64,000 nt of DNA from Stegostoma tigrinum (Eukaryota): positions 40,277,989 through 40,341,988 of the forward strand of contig NC_081373.1 of NCBI RefSeq assembly GCF_030684315.1. Direction: 5' to 3'. Shown here piece by piece: positions 25,411 through 38,480 of the stretch. A model generated the notes under the pieces. The model did not search any database. It saw only the letters and a program-made list of their open reading frames with translations, and had not been told where the DNA came from. Positions within the stretch are counted from its first letter, which is position 1; each line of letters begins with the position of its first letter. Position numbers and translations under genes: made by a program.

Positions 25411-27708
25411 TAGTTTTAAGACCATTTTACGCTTCACGTGATTATGGCTAACTATTTCATGCCAACTCACCAACATTTTATTGTTACAAATTTTCTCAGA
25501 GTCTCATTAACAGAATAATTCAAATCTCCAAAATCGACCTTTCCTTTTTATATCATGCAACAGGACAATAGGCAATATTCTTTATTGGTCTTTCAATATT
25601 TACTCAGAAGTATGAATATTAGCTCATTATTAGGCTTAATAAACACCTGAACACTGTGGTAAAACCTCAGCTAGGTTGGAAGGTAGCAGGCATACGAAAA
25701 CCTGGAATATTGATTAATGGATCAGACATCCCTTCAAGTTGAGTAGCATTAGAACTGAAGTATGTCTCATGGGTCAAACTTACGCCAGTTTAACAAGCTT
25801 GAATTTTAAAAAATGAGACTACAAAGGTGCAAGATGATGAGTTTGGTAATAGTACAGTGAGAGGAACAAGAGACTAGGATGCACATGGGTATATGTATAT
25901 GTATACATATATGTATATGGATATGTATATATGTATATGGGTGGGAATGACCATAAAGAACACATCATTTGGCTACACTGGTCAGTAAGCCCAGTTTGAG
26001 AGTTCCAGGCTGGCCCAGAGGCTGGATCCTGGTAGGATATTCACTTATTCAGACGCAGCAGGTAGACAATTGAGATCATTTGAAAGTCAATCATCAGAGA
26101 CCATTCCGATTTCTCCAACTGCCCTATGGACATTCCTCCTCCCCACCACAATGTCAGGAACAGGCCTGGATGAGACTAAGAGGACAGTGCTGCAGTAAAA
26201 TTCTGATGTTTGCTACCTCCTGCTACCCAACTACAGCAGTGACTGCAGGCAGTGGCTTCTTATCCACGATGATGGCTCAGCAACTGCAACTATCTTTGAT
26301 TAGAATCTTTTAAAAAATGTGCAGAGAGAATGACTCAAGATAGAAATGGCTTTTCTGGTCCTTACAGTAGGCTCCTTTAATGCTTGAGCACCTCCTACTG
26401 GCATTCCAGCTGTGAAAACTCAACCCCTGTTCTTATCTGGTGGTGAGCACTTTCTCTGGCCAAGTAACTAGTTGGCCAATAAAAGCAACATCAATGTCGG
26501 GTGACTGTTTCCAACAAGTGCAATGTTGAGACTCACAATTAACCCTAAGGTTAAGATCCAGGCCCAAAAGGCCTTACCCATGGAATTTAAGATCTTAGTA
26601 AACAAAACAAAAGTGCTTTTTTTAACCAGCCAGGTTAGAGGATAGGGAACTTCATGGAGGAAAGATTGCAAAGGAGGGTGAATTAGAATGAATTAATTCA
26701 GTATGAGTATAGACTCAAAAAGAATTAAAGAAAGGGAAGAAAAGATTGGGTTCAGAGGGAGAGAGAAAGGAGGTGGAATGGAAAAGTATGAAAAGGATAA
26801 AAACATTTAATGTTGCAACTCTTAAAGAAAATCCCTGAAAGAAATTCATAACCTGAAAGGATAAATTGCACACTTGTAATTGTCCCTTTTATAGGAAAGG
26901 AGGTTGATGGATGATCATTATCAATTATCATGTTATTAAAAGTTTACTCACACTATTAAATACTAGCCATTTATAACGTGAGTTTCATGGGCAATTAATG
27001 TTCAAATACAACTACTTCATGAAAATCACCAGGAGGTTAAGGATGTGATTATGTTTTCACTAAGTTAACTGTGAAGCTACATAAATTGTCCAGTGATCAG
27101 AACCAACTTGCAACTTACAAATTATCTCTTCCTTACTATGAACTTAACACACATTAAGGCTCTTGTGGTGTAGTAGTGACGACCCTACGTCATGAATAGA
27201 TGTAGATAGACCTGCATTCATAATCCCATCTACTCCAGAGGCTTATGATAACACATTCAAACAGGCCACTATAAACATATTAGATTGTCACCCCCTTTTG
27301 AAGAATATCATTGAATCACTTCCTTCTAATTCAGAACCTTTAGAATAAGCATTGTGAAATTCTACCATCTGTTGAAAATAAACTCAGTACCTTTACATTC
27401 TCTCATTGCAGTGCTTCCTAAACATTTTCCCATGGCAAGCACATTACAAGGCTCGTAAATTATCATCACCCAATGCTGAGGATGATAAGATTGGGGAAGG
27501 CAAGTAGAAGACCCATGAGTGTGACATAGAAAGTGGAGTTCCATGATAGCCATTGCAGTCTTGGAGTTCACAATCCAAAAATTTCAGCTGTGGTGTCCTG
27601 ACCCCCACTTTAGCAAACAGTCTCAGTGAAGGTCAACAGAGGAAGTGAGTAAATTGTTTCCATTACTAACAATGTATCAGTTAACATCTATGTGAATTGC
27701 CAATTAAC

Positions 27709-30650
27709 TGAGATAACAAAGTGTAGAGCTGGATGAACACAGCAGGCTGCGCAGCATCAGAGGAGTAGGAAGGCTGATGTTTTGGGCTGAGATCGGTCTT
27801 CAGAAATGGGGGAGGGGATTCTGAAATAAACAGGGAGAGAGGGGGGGACAGATAGAAAATGGATAAAGGAGAAGATAGGTGGAGAGGAGACAGACAGGTC
27901 AAAGAGGTGGGGTTGGAGCCAGTAAAGGTGAATGTAGGGGGGGGAGTTAGGGAGGGGATAAGTAGGTCCAGGGAGGACGGACAAGTCAAGGAGGCAGGAT
28001 GAGATAAGGGTAGAATGATCAAGGGGGCTGTAGGAGGAGGTGTCAGTGACTTGGATTCTGGCCTCGGCAATGTAGAGGTCAGTGCGCCATACTACAAATA
28101 CGCCTCCCTTGTCCATGGGTTTTATGGTGAGTTTGGGATTGGAGTGGAGGGCTACCCGTTCTTTGCAGGAGAGGTTGGAGTGAGTGAGAGGAGTGGAGAG
28201 GTTGAGGCAATTGAGATCTTGATGGCAGTTAGAGATGAAGTGATCGATGGAATTTAAGAGGCCTTGGGGTAGTGTCCAGGAGGCGGGTGTGTGTTGGAGG
28301 CAGGAGAAGGGGTCAGTAGAGGGACGGTTAGGATCATGATTAAAGAAGTAAGTGTGGAGGTGGAGGTAGCGGAAAAACTGTTCAACGTCCAAGCGTGAGC
28401 GGTATTCGTCGATGTTTGGGTGGAGGGGGAGTCAGTCCTCAGTAAAGGGCTCACCTTTGTTCCCCTCCACCCAAACATCGACGAATACCGCTCACGCTTG
28501 GACGTTGAACAGTTTTACCGTCGCATCCATGCCTACTTCTTTAACAGTGAGCCTAACCTTCCTGCTTCTGACCCCTTCTCCCACCTCCTACACACACCTC
28601 CACTCCTGGGAACCACCCCAAGGCCTCTTCCCCCTCCCTCGACTTCTTCATCTCTAACTGCCATGGAGTCATCAATCGCCTTAACTCTCCACCCCTCTCA
28701 CCCACTCCAACCTCATCCCCGCAGAAGATGTAGCCCTCCACTCCAAACCACCACAGAACCTATCTTGACACTATCTTCTCCCCCTTGGTCTAGGAACTCC
28801 CTATCTACACCCGTGACACCACCTATACCCTCCACTTCCTCCAAAACTTCCGATCCCCTGGTCCACAACACCTCATCTTTACAGTGGAGGTCCAGTCCCT
28901 GTATACCTGCATTCCCCATGCAAATGGCCTAAAGGTCCTCCACTTCTTCCTGTCCTGCAGGTCCGACTAGTCCCCCTCAACTGACACCCACATCCGCTTA
29001 GCCAAACTTGTCCTCACCCTCAACAACTTCTCTTTCCAATCCTCCCACGTTCTACAGACAAAGGGGGTGGTCGTAGGTATCCACATGGGCCCAAGCTATG
29101 CCTGCCTCTTTGTAGGTTACATGCAACAATCCCTCTTCTGTAATTACACTGGCCCTAAACCCCACCTCTTCCTCTGTAACATTGATGGCTGTGTTGGCAC
29201 CGCCTCGTGCTCCCAAAAGGAGCTTGAACAGTTCATCCACTTCACCAACACCTTCCACCCCAACCTTCAGTTCACCTGGACCATCTCTGATACCTCTCTC
29301 TCCTTCCTGGACCTCTCTGCCCCCATCTCTGGAATCCACTTGGAAACCGATATCCATTTCAAGCCTACCGACGCCCACACCTACCTAGAATAAGCCTCCA
29401 CTCACCCACCTTCCTGCAAGAAGGTCATCCCCTGTTTCCAATTCCTTCGCCTCTGTCGCATCTGCTCCCGAGATGAGGCATCCTCTCCCGAACATACCAG
29501 ATGTCCTTGTTTTTCAAGGACCGCAACTTCCCCTCCGCAGTGGTCAAAAACGTCCTCGACCTTGTCTCTCACATTTCCTGCAACTCATCCCTCACACCCC
29601 CTCCCCACAATAACAACCAAAACAAAATCCCCCTTGTCCTCATATACTACCCCACCAACCACCGGATCCAACACATCATCCTCCGACACTTCCACCATCT
29701 GCAACCTGACCCACTAACAAAGACATTTTTCCATCCCCACCATATCTGCTTTCCAGAGGGACCACTATCTTTGTGACTCCCTTGTCCACTCCCCACTAGC
29801 CCCACCACCACTAGCACTTTTCCCTGCAACCGCAGGAAGTGTTACACTCGCCCCTATACCTCCCCTGTCACCCCCATCCCAGGCCCTAAGAGGACCTTCC
29901 ACATCAAACAGATGTTCACCCGCACATCTGCTAACGTGGTATGCTGTATCCATGGCTCCCGTTGTGGCCTCTTCTACATTGGGGAAACCAAGCGGTGGCT
30001 TGGGGACCGCTTTGTGGAACACCTACGTTCGGTTCGCAACAAACAACTACAGCTCCCAGTTGTGAACCATTTCAACTCCCCCTCCAACTTCTTGGACAAC
30101 ATGTCCATTCTGGGCCTCCTGCAGTGCCACAATGATGCCACCTGAAGGTTGCAGGAACAACATCTCACATTTTGCTTGGGAACGCTGCAGCCCAAGGGAC
30201 TTCACAAGTTTCAAAATCTTCCCTCCCCTGACCACATCCCAGAACCAGCCTAGCTCATCTCTGCCTCCCTAACCATTCCTCCCATCTCAAGACTCACCCC
30301 CATCTCCTACCCACTAATCTCATCCTGCCTCCCTGACCTGTTTGTCCTCCCTGGACTGACTTATCCCTTCCCTAACTCCCCACCTACATTCACCTTTACT
30401 GGCTCCAACCCCACCTCTTTGACCTGTCTGTCTCGTCTCCACCTATCTTCTCCATTATCCATCGTCTGTTTGCCTCCCCCACCTTCCTATTTATTTCAAA
30501 ATCTCCTTCCCCTCCCCCATTTCTGAAGAAGAGTCTTGACCTGAAACGTCAACTTTCCTGCTCCTCTGATGCTGCTTGGCCTGCTGTGTTCATCCAGCTT
30601 CACACCATGTTATCTCAGATTCTCCAGCTTTGGCAGTTCCTCCTATCTCT
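27709..30650 (+). mobile_element. Rearranged PLE family B: inverted 3' end, inverted ORF piece, then decayed RT/GIY-YIG and 3' pLTR
   Basis: ORF fragments match the 54199-57066 protein (SKGLTFVPLHPNIDEY, MGPSYACLFVGY, NVVCCIHGSRCGLFYIGETKR). HHR-like ttCTGAAGAagagtcttgacctGAAAcGTCaa at ~30521-30552. Inverted terminus at 27709-28010. Confidence 0.9.
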
Positions 30651-31271
30651 GTAGCAGATTACCTGATGCTGCTTATATCCAAGTAGCAGTCAGGAATGCT
30701 TTTTGGGATATTTGTTATTAGTGCTCATCTCCAGCATCACTATTTCCATTAAGTTATCCCCGTCAATGTGTCCACTGACACGCTGCCCTTCTGTAACTTT
30801 TGGACTTCATTCCCTTGCTATTGTTGAATTCAGAAGCTCTGTGTTGACTGTAACTCACCAATATCAGACTTTAACTCTGGAATATAAAAGAGATTGTGTT
30901 TCTGCCAAAAGGTCAATTTTTCAATTTGCAGTCTTAATCATGTCACATCTGTATTTTTTTTGTTGGATGATAAAATGAAATGGCAGGGAAGGAGGCCATT
31001 CAGCCCATTCAAACCTTTGATATTATTAAATTGATCTGTTTCTCCTGGTCTGTTCCTGTAGCCCTGTATTCTTTTTCCTTCAAAATATTTATTTTACTTT
31101 TTGAACATGATTATTGGACCTGCTTCCACCGCACTTTCAAACAGCGCATTCCAGGTCACAAGTTGATGTGCAATAGAAAATGTTTAAATATGTTGCTTCT
31201 TGTTCTTTTGCTAATCATCTTAAATATCTGTCCTCTGGTTACTGCTAGGTCTCTCACAGCAAATACAGCCT

Positions 31272-32685
31272 GAGGGGCTGCAGTGGCCTAGTGTTACTGT
31301 CATTGGATCTCTCACTCCAGAGTCCTAAGTCCTTTGAGAACATGGGTTCATACACTACCCATTTAAGATGCAGAAATATGTGTTTAACAAAACACGAGTT
31401 AAAATTTACTCTACTGTTCAGTCGCCATACCAGGCTACTATAAACTCCTATCCAGCTCACTAATTTCCCTGAAGGATATGGAAGTGATACTTAAGTGAAA
31501 CAAAGAACTGCAGATGCTGGAAATTTGAAACAGAAATTGCTGGGGAAATTCAGCAGGTCTGGCAGCATCTACGGAAAGAAAACAGGATGAATTGTTCGAA
31601 TCCAGGACCTTACTTCAGAACTGATAGCAGCCAGGAAAAGCTGGTATTTATGTTGAAGACAGAGACATGATGGGGAAGAATGACACCACATTGTGAGCTG
31701 ATGCAAACACCAGATACAATTCCCTTCGCCTCTGCATTCTGCAGGGACCATTCCCTCTAGGACCCCTCGGTCCACCCCCCAACATCTCCTCATGCCTGAC
31801 ACACCTTCCCCTGCAATCAACTACCTGTTTTTTTCCTGCCTCTTCGCTGTCCAAGCCTCCACACACACCTTTCATGTGAAGCAGCAATTTAGCTGCACTT
31901 CAATCAACCTAATCCATTGTATTCACTGCTCACAATGTGGTCTCCTCTACATTGAGGATTTGAAACACAGATGGGGCTTTGCAGAACACTTTTGTTCTAT
32001 CTGCAAAAATCACCCTGAGCTTCTAGCTTCCTGCCACTTCAACACACTACAGTGTTCCTTGGCTGACATCTGTCTTGGGCTTGCTGGAGTGCATCAGTTT
32101 GGCCCAGCACAAATTGGAAGAACAGCATCTCATTTCCTGCTTCGGGACCATGCAGGACTCAATATAAAATTCAATAATTTTACAACCTTCGTCTATGTCT
32201 ATTACACAATCTCAGCCGAGGCCTGTCATGACATGGTCTGCTTTCAGCACAGCTAATCCATTTTCATCTACTTATAGTCCCCATAAGCAGATTTTCTTTC
32301 TCCCTGGCTGACTATGATCCATCTCTTCATCTCGTTAACTACTGTTCCGTTTCACTGGGCTCCATCTCCACTATCCACTCAATCCTTTCCCCCCACATCC
32401 CTTGTCTTCAGCCAATACAACACCTTTCTCCGAACAACTCTTGGTTCTGAAGAAGGGTCACTAGACTTGAAGTATTAACCCTATTTTCTCTCCATATACT
32501 GCTAGATCTGCTGAGTTTCTCCAGTTATTTCTGTTTTTGAAACCATGAGGCTTAAAGGGTCTGGCCTACATTTGACTTCAGAGCCACAGCAATGCGGTTG
32601 ACTCTTAAGTGCCCTCTGAGTAATTTGGGATGGCCTATAAATGCTGGTCTAACCAGAGATGCCAGCATCCCATGAATGAAAAAAG
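31272..32685 (+). mobile_element. tRNA-headed SINE with L2-like tail, interrupted by a PLE (31497-32540)
   Basis: Head GCAGTGGCCTAGTG...GGGTTCATAC at 31280-31355. Resumes ~32557 with GGTCTGGCCTACATTTGAC...ATCCCATGAATGAAAAAA. Related copy at ~21255-21500. Confidence 0.5.
31497..32540 (+). mobile_element. Old PLE (family C) 3' fragment with inverted termini
   Basis: ORF 31792-32256 has NLIHCIHCSQCGLLYIED (GIY-YIG). HHR-like ggttCTGAAGAagggtcactagacttGAA at ~32443-32480. Inverted terminal copy at 31497-31625. Confidence 0.75.
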
Positions 32686-35600
32686 TTGATTCTTACTTGT
32701 TCTTTCAAAACTATTCATGATTTTGAACATTTAGAATAGAATCAGCTCGTACCCTTCTCTACCCATAGGAGACCAGCCCCTGCTTCTCCATAAAACTGAA
32801 GTACATCAATCTTGTGATCATTTTAGTAAATACCTCTAATGACTTGACATTTTTCTTGAAATACAAGGCCCAGAATTGAACAGAGTACTCCAGCTGAGAC
32901 TGAACCAGTATTTTATAAGGCTTTTGTCCATATTGTTTTGTTTTAATCTGTCATAGAACATGTAGATGTTCACTGTTTCTAAGTAGAAAAGTAGATGTAT
33001 TATGAGAGTATATGTAGGAAGGTGTCACTGGAAAATCATAAATAAACCTCTGATAGAAAGAGAAAAATATTACAGATGTCAAGATTGTATGACACATCAA
33101 CAAGATAGATAATTTCAATTAGATTCTTTGAGATTAAGATAGCTTAAATATATTGCCCGAACTTGATTTCAGTTTAGGATTGAACACGTTGCCATTTACA
33201 TTACTGATGAATACAATTAATATGAGAGCACAATCCAGTCTGTATGGAGCTAGTTTTGGTCTCGTCAAGAGACCACTTCAAAACTGAAGGCTAAAAAATT
33301 GCTTTTGCAGATCTTAAAGGTCTGTAAGTACTTAGATAATGTTACTTGTCAATACCTTAATATTAACAATATAGAAGGGAAAGAATTTAAGCTGCAGATC
33401 AAATCTTTTTGCAGGAGTCAGCTAATTGCTTTTGTAAGACACAAGGCTAAATCAATATGAAAAAAAACAATGTTGAATTTGGAGAGTGAAATTTAACATC
33501 AGGAGTGACAGCCTAGCTCGAAATTTAACTCCATATCGGTAGCAAGTTATAAAAATCAAAGTAAATTAAATTTACTGATAGGTGGCGCATTAGCATCTGC
33601 AACATGATTCTGATGAAAGGGCCACCAAGCTATTAGCACATTCTCTACAAGTTATTGCAGGCCAAAAGATTGATTGGTTACAAATTGAGTTATACTTGGC
33701 TGCTGATGTAATTTACTCTACACACAGGCAACCAAGTTAGTCAATGAAGGCCTTTTTGTTTAGATTGGTAGGCCAAGCATTTAAGGCAATGCATGATACC
33801 TGCCTTCCTCTGACTTAATACAATTATGACAATCAGCTATTTTTCTAAATGAGAAAAAACGCTGATGGGAATGGTTCACGAGTTGAACTTAAGTGCTGGA
33901 TTCCTGGTCTGTTGGTATGATGATGTGATTTGGATTTATACTTCACCTTACCCCTCATTCCACCAACAGCCCCCACTCAATTTCGAAGACCCTGTTCCAC
34001 TTTGGTTGGACGTTATTAGAAGTAGGTTTTGGGTGCATGTTTTTGCAATATGAATAAATTGGGTAAAACAGATAGAAACTAGACTGGAACAGCAACAAGG
34101 AGCCAGGCTGCCTCCATCTTTGTGTGTGAGCTTGGAAAAGTCAACACAGTGGGATCAGAGATAAGTTTAAATCTAACAAATTTAAGGCAGATGACAGAAG
34201 AGACCTCCCCCAAAGAGAAAGTCGTGCAGCAATGGAACGCACTAGAGTTAGTGATTGGACCAGAGACTAATGTGATTATCTGTGTATTTCTGAAGTCCTT
34301 CACAGCTATATTGGCCTTCACATTTGTGTTAAGGCATTGCCTTAAATGCTTGGCCTACCAATGTAGGTTAGAAATTTGGTTACTAAATTTGTTATGGCCT
34401 ATTTTAGGCTCTTAAATACTGCTGCAACTCTGCAGGCATCTGAAACAGAAAGCCTAAGAACCGTTGTAAGAGTATCTGAGGGTTTCATTACAAAGCTTTC
34501 TCGAGAACCACCACTACCCCTTGCATCTTCAGCAGCAGCTTGCTTCTGTGACCCAGTCTGGTTTGAGGACCCAGCCTTCAGAGAAATTCAGGCAAATGGA
34601 AAGGAGGGTGATTGAAAACATTTGGTTAGGCCACTTTGGACTGAGAGGAGTGGGCGAGATGTTCAAACCCAAGCAATTATTATGATAGCTCAGTTAAAAT
34701 ATGAGCTTTCTCAAGATCTGGCATTCTCATTGTTAATCTGGGATACGCTTAAAGATCATATTAAATAATAATCAGTAGTGTATGTGTCCTCCAGCAGAAC
34801 TCAGTGAATAAGAATGCTCCCTTCACTGAATTACTGGTGATATAATGAAGATTAAATGCCCCTTTTAAAAAGCAATTATAAGAGCATGTGATAGTCATAT
34901 TAATAAGTGGATAATAGGACTTGAACCTTTAGCGACCTTTCTCTAAACATGAGATTTACTATTGTGAGAACAATTTATCTTGAAATTTCTTTGAGGCCGA
35001 AATTGCATAGCTCCTAAAAACAGACATGGTGTTCATAATGCATGAGTACTCCATATGCGTTCAATATCAGGTGGCAATAAGACAACTTTATACTACCTGC
35101 TAATTATCATTATTTCTGTACGCCACCATTACTTACTATTGGCTTGTCATGGTCGATGCTGAATCATGAATGTTGTTGGACAGTCAAGCAACTGTCTGAA
35201 GGAGGAGACTCCACAAATATCCCTACCATCTATGAAGGGGGAGACAAGCAGTTCAATGCAATAGATTAGACTGAAGCAGTTACATTTTCAGTCAGATGTG
35301 CCAACTGGCTGATCCAGCCCACCTCCCTCCAGAGGTCCCCAGCAACCCAAATGCCAATCTTCAGCCAATTTGACTTATTTTTATTCATCCAGAGCAAAGC
35401 AGCTGCATTATTGGCACGACATCCACAAACATTCACTCTCTCTATGCTGACACTCAGTTGTAGCGGTGTGCACCATCTATGAAATGTGCTGCAGAAATTC
35501 ATCAAGGCTCCTTAGGCTGCATGTACCAAATCCACAACCCTTCAATCATCAACCAGACATTAGCTTGTACCTGCCCACCATTTCCCACAGTTCTTGGCAT

Positions 35601-36971
35601 ATGACATGACCTTACCAAGTGTATCGCACACTGTCCCCTCACCGCGGTGAACCCCCTTTCTAATTCATGCTTTGCAAGTACTGTTATCTTCCCTTCACAA
35701 ATTTTTCCCACCTTGCCCCAGCCTGCAGGCCCCAGTTCTGAAGAATAATTTGCTTGATGTCCATGCACCAATAACAGACGCCTTGTGTCCCTCCAACATG
35801 CCTATTCCCCTCTATTTGTGTGGGTAGACCTGATAGACTGACTATGGCCCTCCATCCTCACTGAACTATCCAGAACTTGAAAATACCCAGGCCCTTGTCT
35901 GTTGGCTGTATATCTCTCAAACCACTTTAGCCCTAGCCTCCAGACTAGGTGCTTTGGAGCCAAAGGACTGACCATGACTCCCTGCACTAGAGAGGTATGT
36001 ACCCTCTGACTGGGAATACCATGACTGGATGCTTGACCGTGACTAGTCTCCTAGAGTGGCATTGACATCAGCCCTTGACTCATCGTGCCCAGGACCCCAG
36101 ACCGATGTGTGGCTCAGAGGATTTTGATGAAGATCACTCCCATAAGACTTGAAGACATGAATCACTGCTGGCTGAGCTTGCAGTATGCTAAATAAGCTGC
36201 TAGCACATGATGTAAATGTGAGATTGACATTGCAGCAAGTTGTCCACCCTCTGGACTGAGGACTGCTGACCTGCAAGGCCTACCTGGTCGTGTTGCCATG
36301 CTAATTGGCACAACATGGCAAGGCAGGCCAGACAGAGCATGCTGGAAGGTGCTAAATTTCAGAGTGCTAAGAGGACAAGGAAGAGATCTAACCTGGTCCA
36401 ATACCTGAACTTGGTGCTCTTCCATGTAACCCTGCAGCAGCCTTTCAATGCTAGGTTCTGATATGCCTTGCAATGCAAATTTATGCTTTGCTGCTTTGTG
36501 AGCAGCCTGCAAGTGCGTCTGACGGGTCTCATGATGATTTGACAAATGCTGAATGTCAATGTGTGTGAATGCATGGTGTGTGAGGCTTGTTCCTGTAGGT
36601 TATACCCTGATCTGCTCTTTGCTCCTACACTACATGGAGGTCCTTTAGAGCAAGCAATGAGCTTAAGTCACCACGTATCTGCTTTGATTTCCACATTAAG
36701 TTTTCTTGACATGTACCGCTTGTTTAGTGCATGTGGTAAGTGAGAAGCTGACTATTAATGAAGCAAGTTGAGTCATTAACAAGCAATAATACTTCTTAAT
36801 TGACAATTTGCCATTCACTAGGGAGAAACTCACAATGTTGCTTGCCAGAAGCCTAAAAAAGAGCGAAATCATTCCGAGATTGAGGTGGCCTCATAAGATT
36901 TCCCTTCCAATTCTGCCACAAATCATAACCCACATGACTCAGACCCTTTTATGATAGATATATATTCCTTT

Positions 36972-37197
36972 ACTACTCTCTGAGTAAAGAAACTACCTCT
37001 GACAGCTGTCCTATATCTTTCACCGCCTGCAACGGTAGTAGACTCGCCAACTTTAGGTACATTTAAGTCGTTATTGGACAAGCATATGGACGTACATGGA
37101 ACGGTGTAGGTTAGATGGGCTTGAGATCGGTATGACAGGTCGGCACAACATCGAGGGCCGAAGGGCTTGTACTGTGCTGTAATGTTCTATGTTCTAT
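36972..37197 (+). mobile_element. CR1-type 3' end with an inverted 5' segment
   Basis: 37025-37197 is a forward CR1 tail. 36972-37024 is the reverse complement of the immediately upstream CR1 sequence (FFTQRVV region). Confidence 0.75.
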
Positions 37198-37546
37198 ATA
37201 TGTTATGATTTTTTAGACAAATTGGTTGTAGAATTTCAATACAGTGTTAAGGATTGATTCTTGACATAACACTCCCTCCAAATAATTAAAGAAGGATTTT
37301 GAAAGTAACCTTTTGAGTTAGCTTCTTTCAAGCAGCAGCAGCTTTCTGGAATCACAAACCAAAAAATCATTATTTTAACTAAAAATATTTCTAGCCTTTG
37401 AAATTTTCCTAAATACTTAGATGTATGAAATGGACATTTGGGATGACATTACTCAGATTGAAAGTACTTTGGTAGTCTCTTCTTGGTTCACTAAGTTTAT
37501 GAATTTCTACTAACTGGGAAAAGCTATAAGGAAAAGGATGTTCCTA

Positions 37547-38480
37547 AAGCTGATGTTTTGGGTTGAGACCCTTCTTCAGATATGGGGGAGGGGAAGGGGA
37601 CTCAAATAAATAGAGAGACAGGGCGAGGCGGATAGAAGATGGATAAAGGAGAAGTTGGGTGGAGAGGAGGCAGACAGGTCAAGGAGGCAGCTTTAGAGCC
37701 AGTGATGTTAATGTAGATGGGATTTAGGGAGGGGATAATTAGGTCCAGGGAGGACAGACAGATCAAGGAGGCTGGATGAAGCTAGTCAGTAGGAGAAGGG
37801 GTGGGGCTTGAGGTGGAAGGAAAGGTTAGGGAGGCTACACTCAGTTCACAACAAACAACTACACCTCACAGTCGCGAACCATTTCAACACCCCCCCCCCC
37901 CAACTCCTTGGTCGACATGTCCATCCTGGGCCTCCTGCATTGCCACAATGACGCTACCTGAAAGCTGCAGGAAAAACATCTCATATTTCGCTTGGGAGCC
38001 CTGCAGCCCAAAGGATTTCACAAGCTCCAAAATCTCCCCTCCCCCGACTGCATCCCAACACCAGCAAGCAAGTCCCCACCTCCTTAACCTATCCTTCCTC
38101 CCACCTATGCCCTCCTTTCACCTCAAGCCCCACTCCCATCTCATACACCCTAATCTCTTCCCACCTCTTGACCTGTCCATCCTCCCTGAACCGACCTACC
38201 CTCTCCCTAAGTCCTCACCTACATTTACCTTCACTGGCTCTAACCCCCCTCTTTGACCTGTCTGCTTCCTCTCCACTTATCTTCTCCTCTATCCATCTTC
38301 TATCCGCCTCCCCTGTCTCTCTATTTATTTCAGAATCTCCTTCCCCTCCCCCATTTCTGAACAAGGGTCTTGACCCAAAACGTCAGCTTTCCTGTTCCTC
38401 TGATGTTGCTTAGCCTCCTGTGGTCATCCAGCTTTTCACCGTGTTATCTCAGATTCTCCAGCATCAGCAGTTCCTACTAT
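37547..38480 (+). mobile_element. PLE family B 3' fragment with inverted terminus
   Basis: Minus arm 37547-37835 and plus arm ~37840-38480. TSD TTCCTAAA(G/T)CTGA at 37541-37553 and 38480-38492. Confidence 0.85.
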
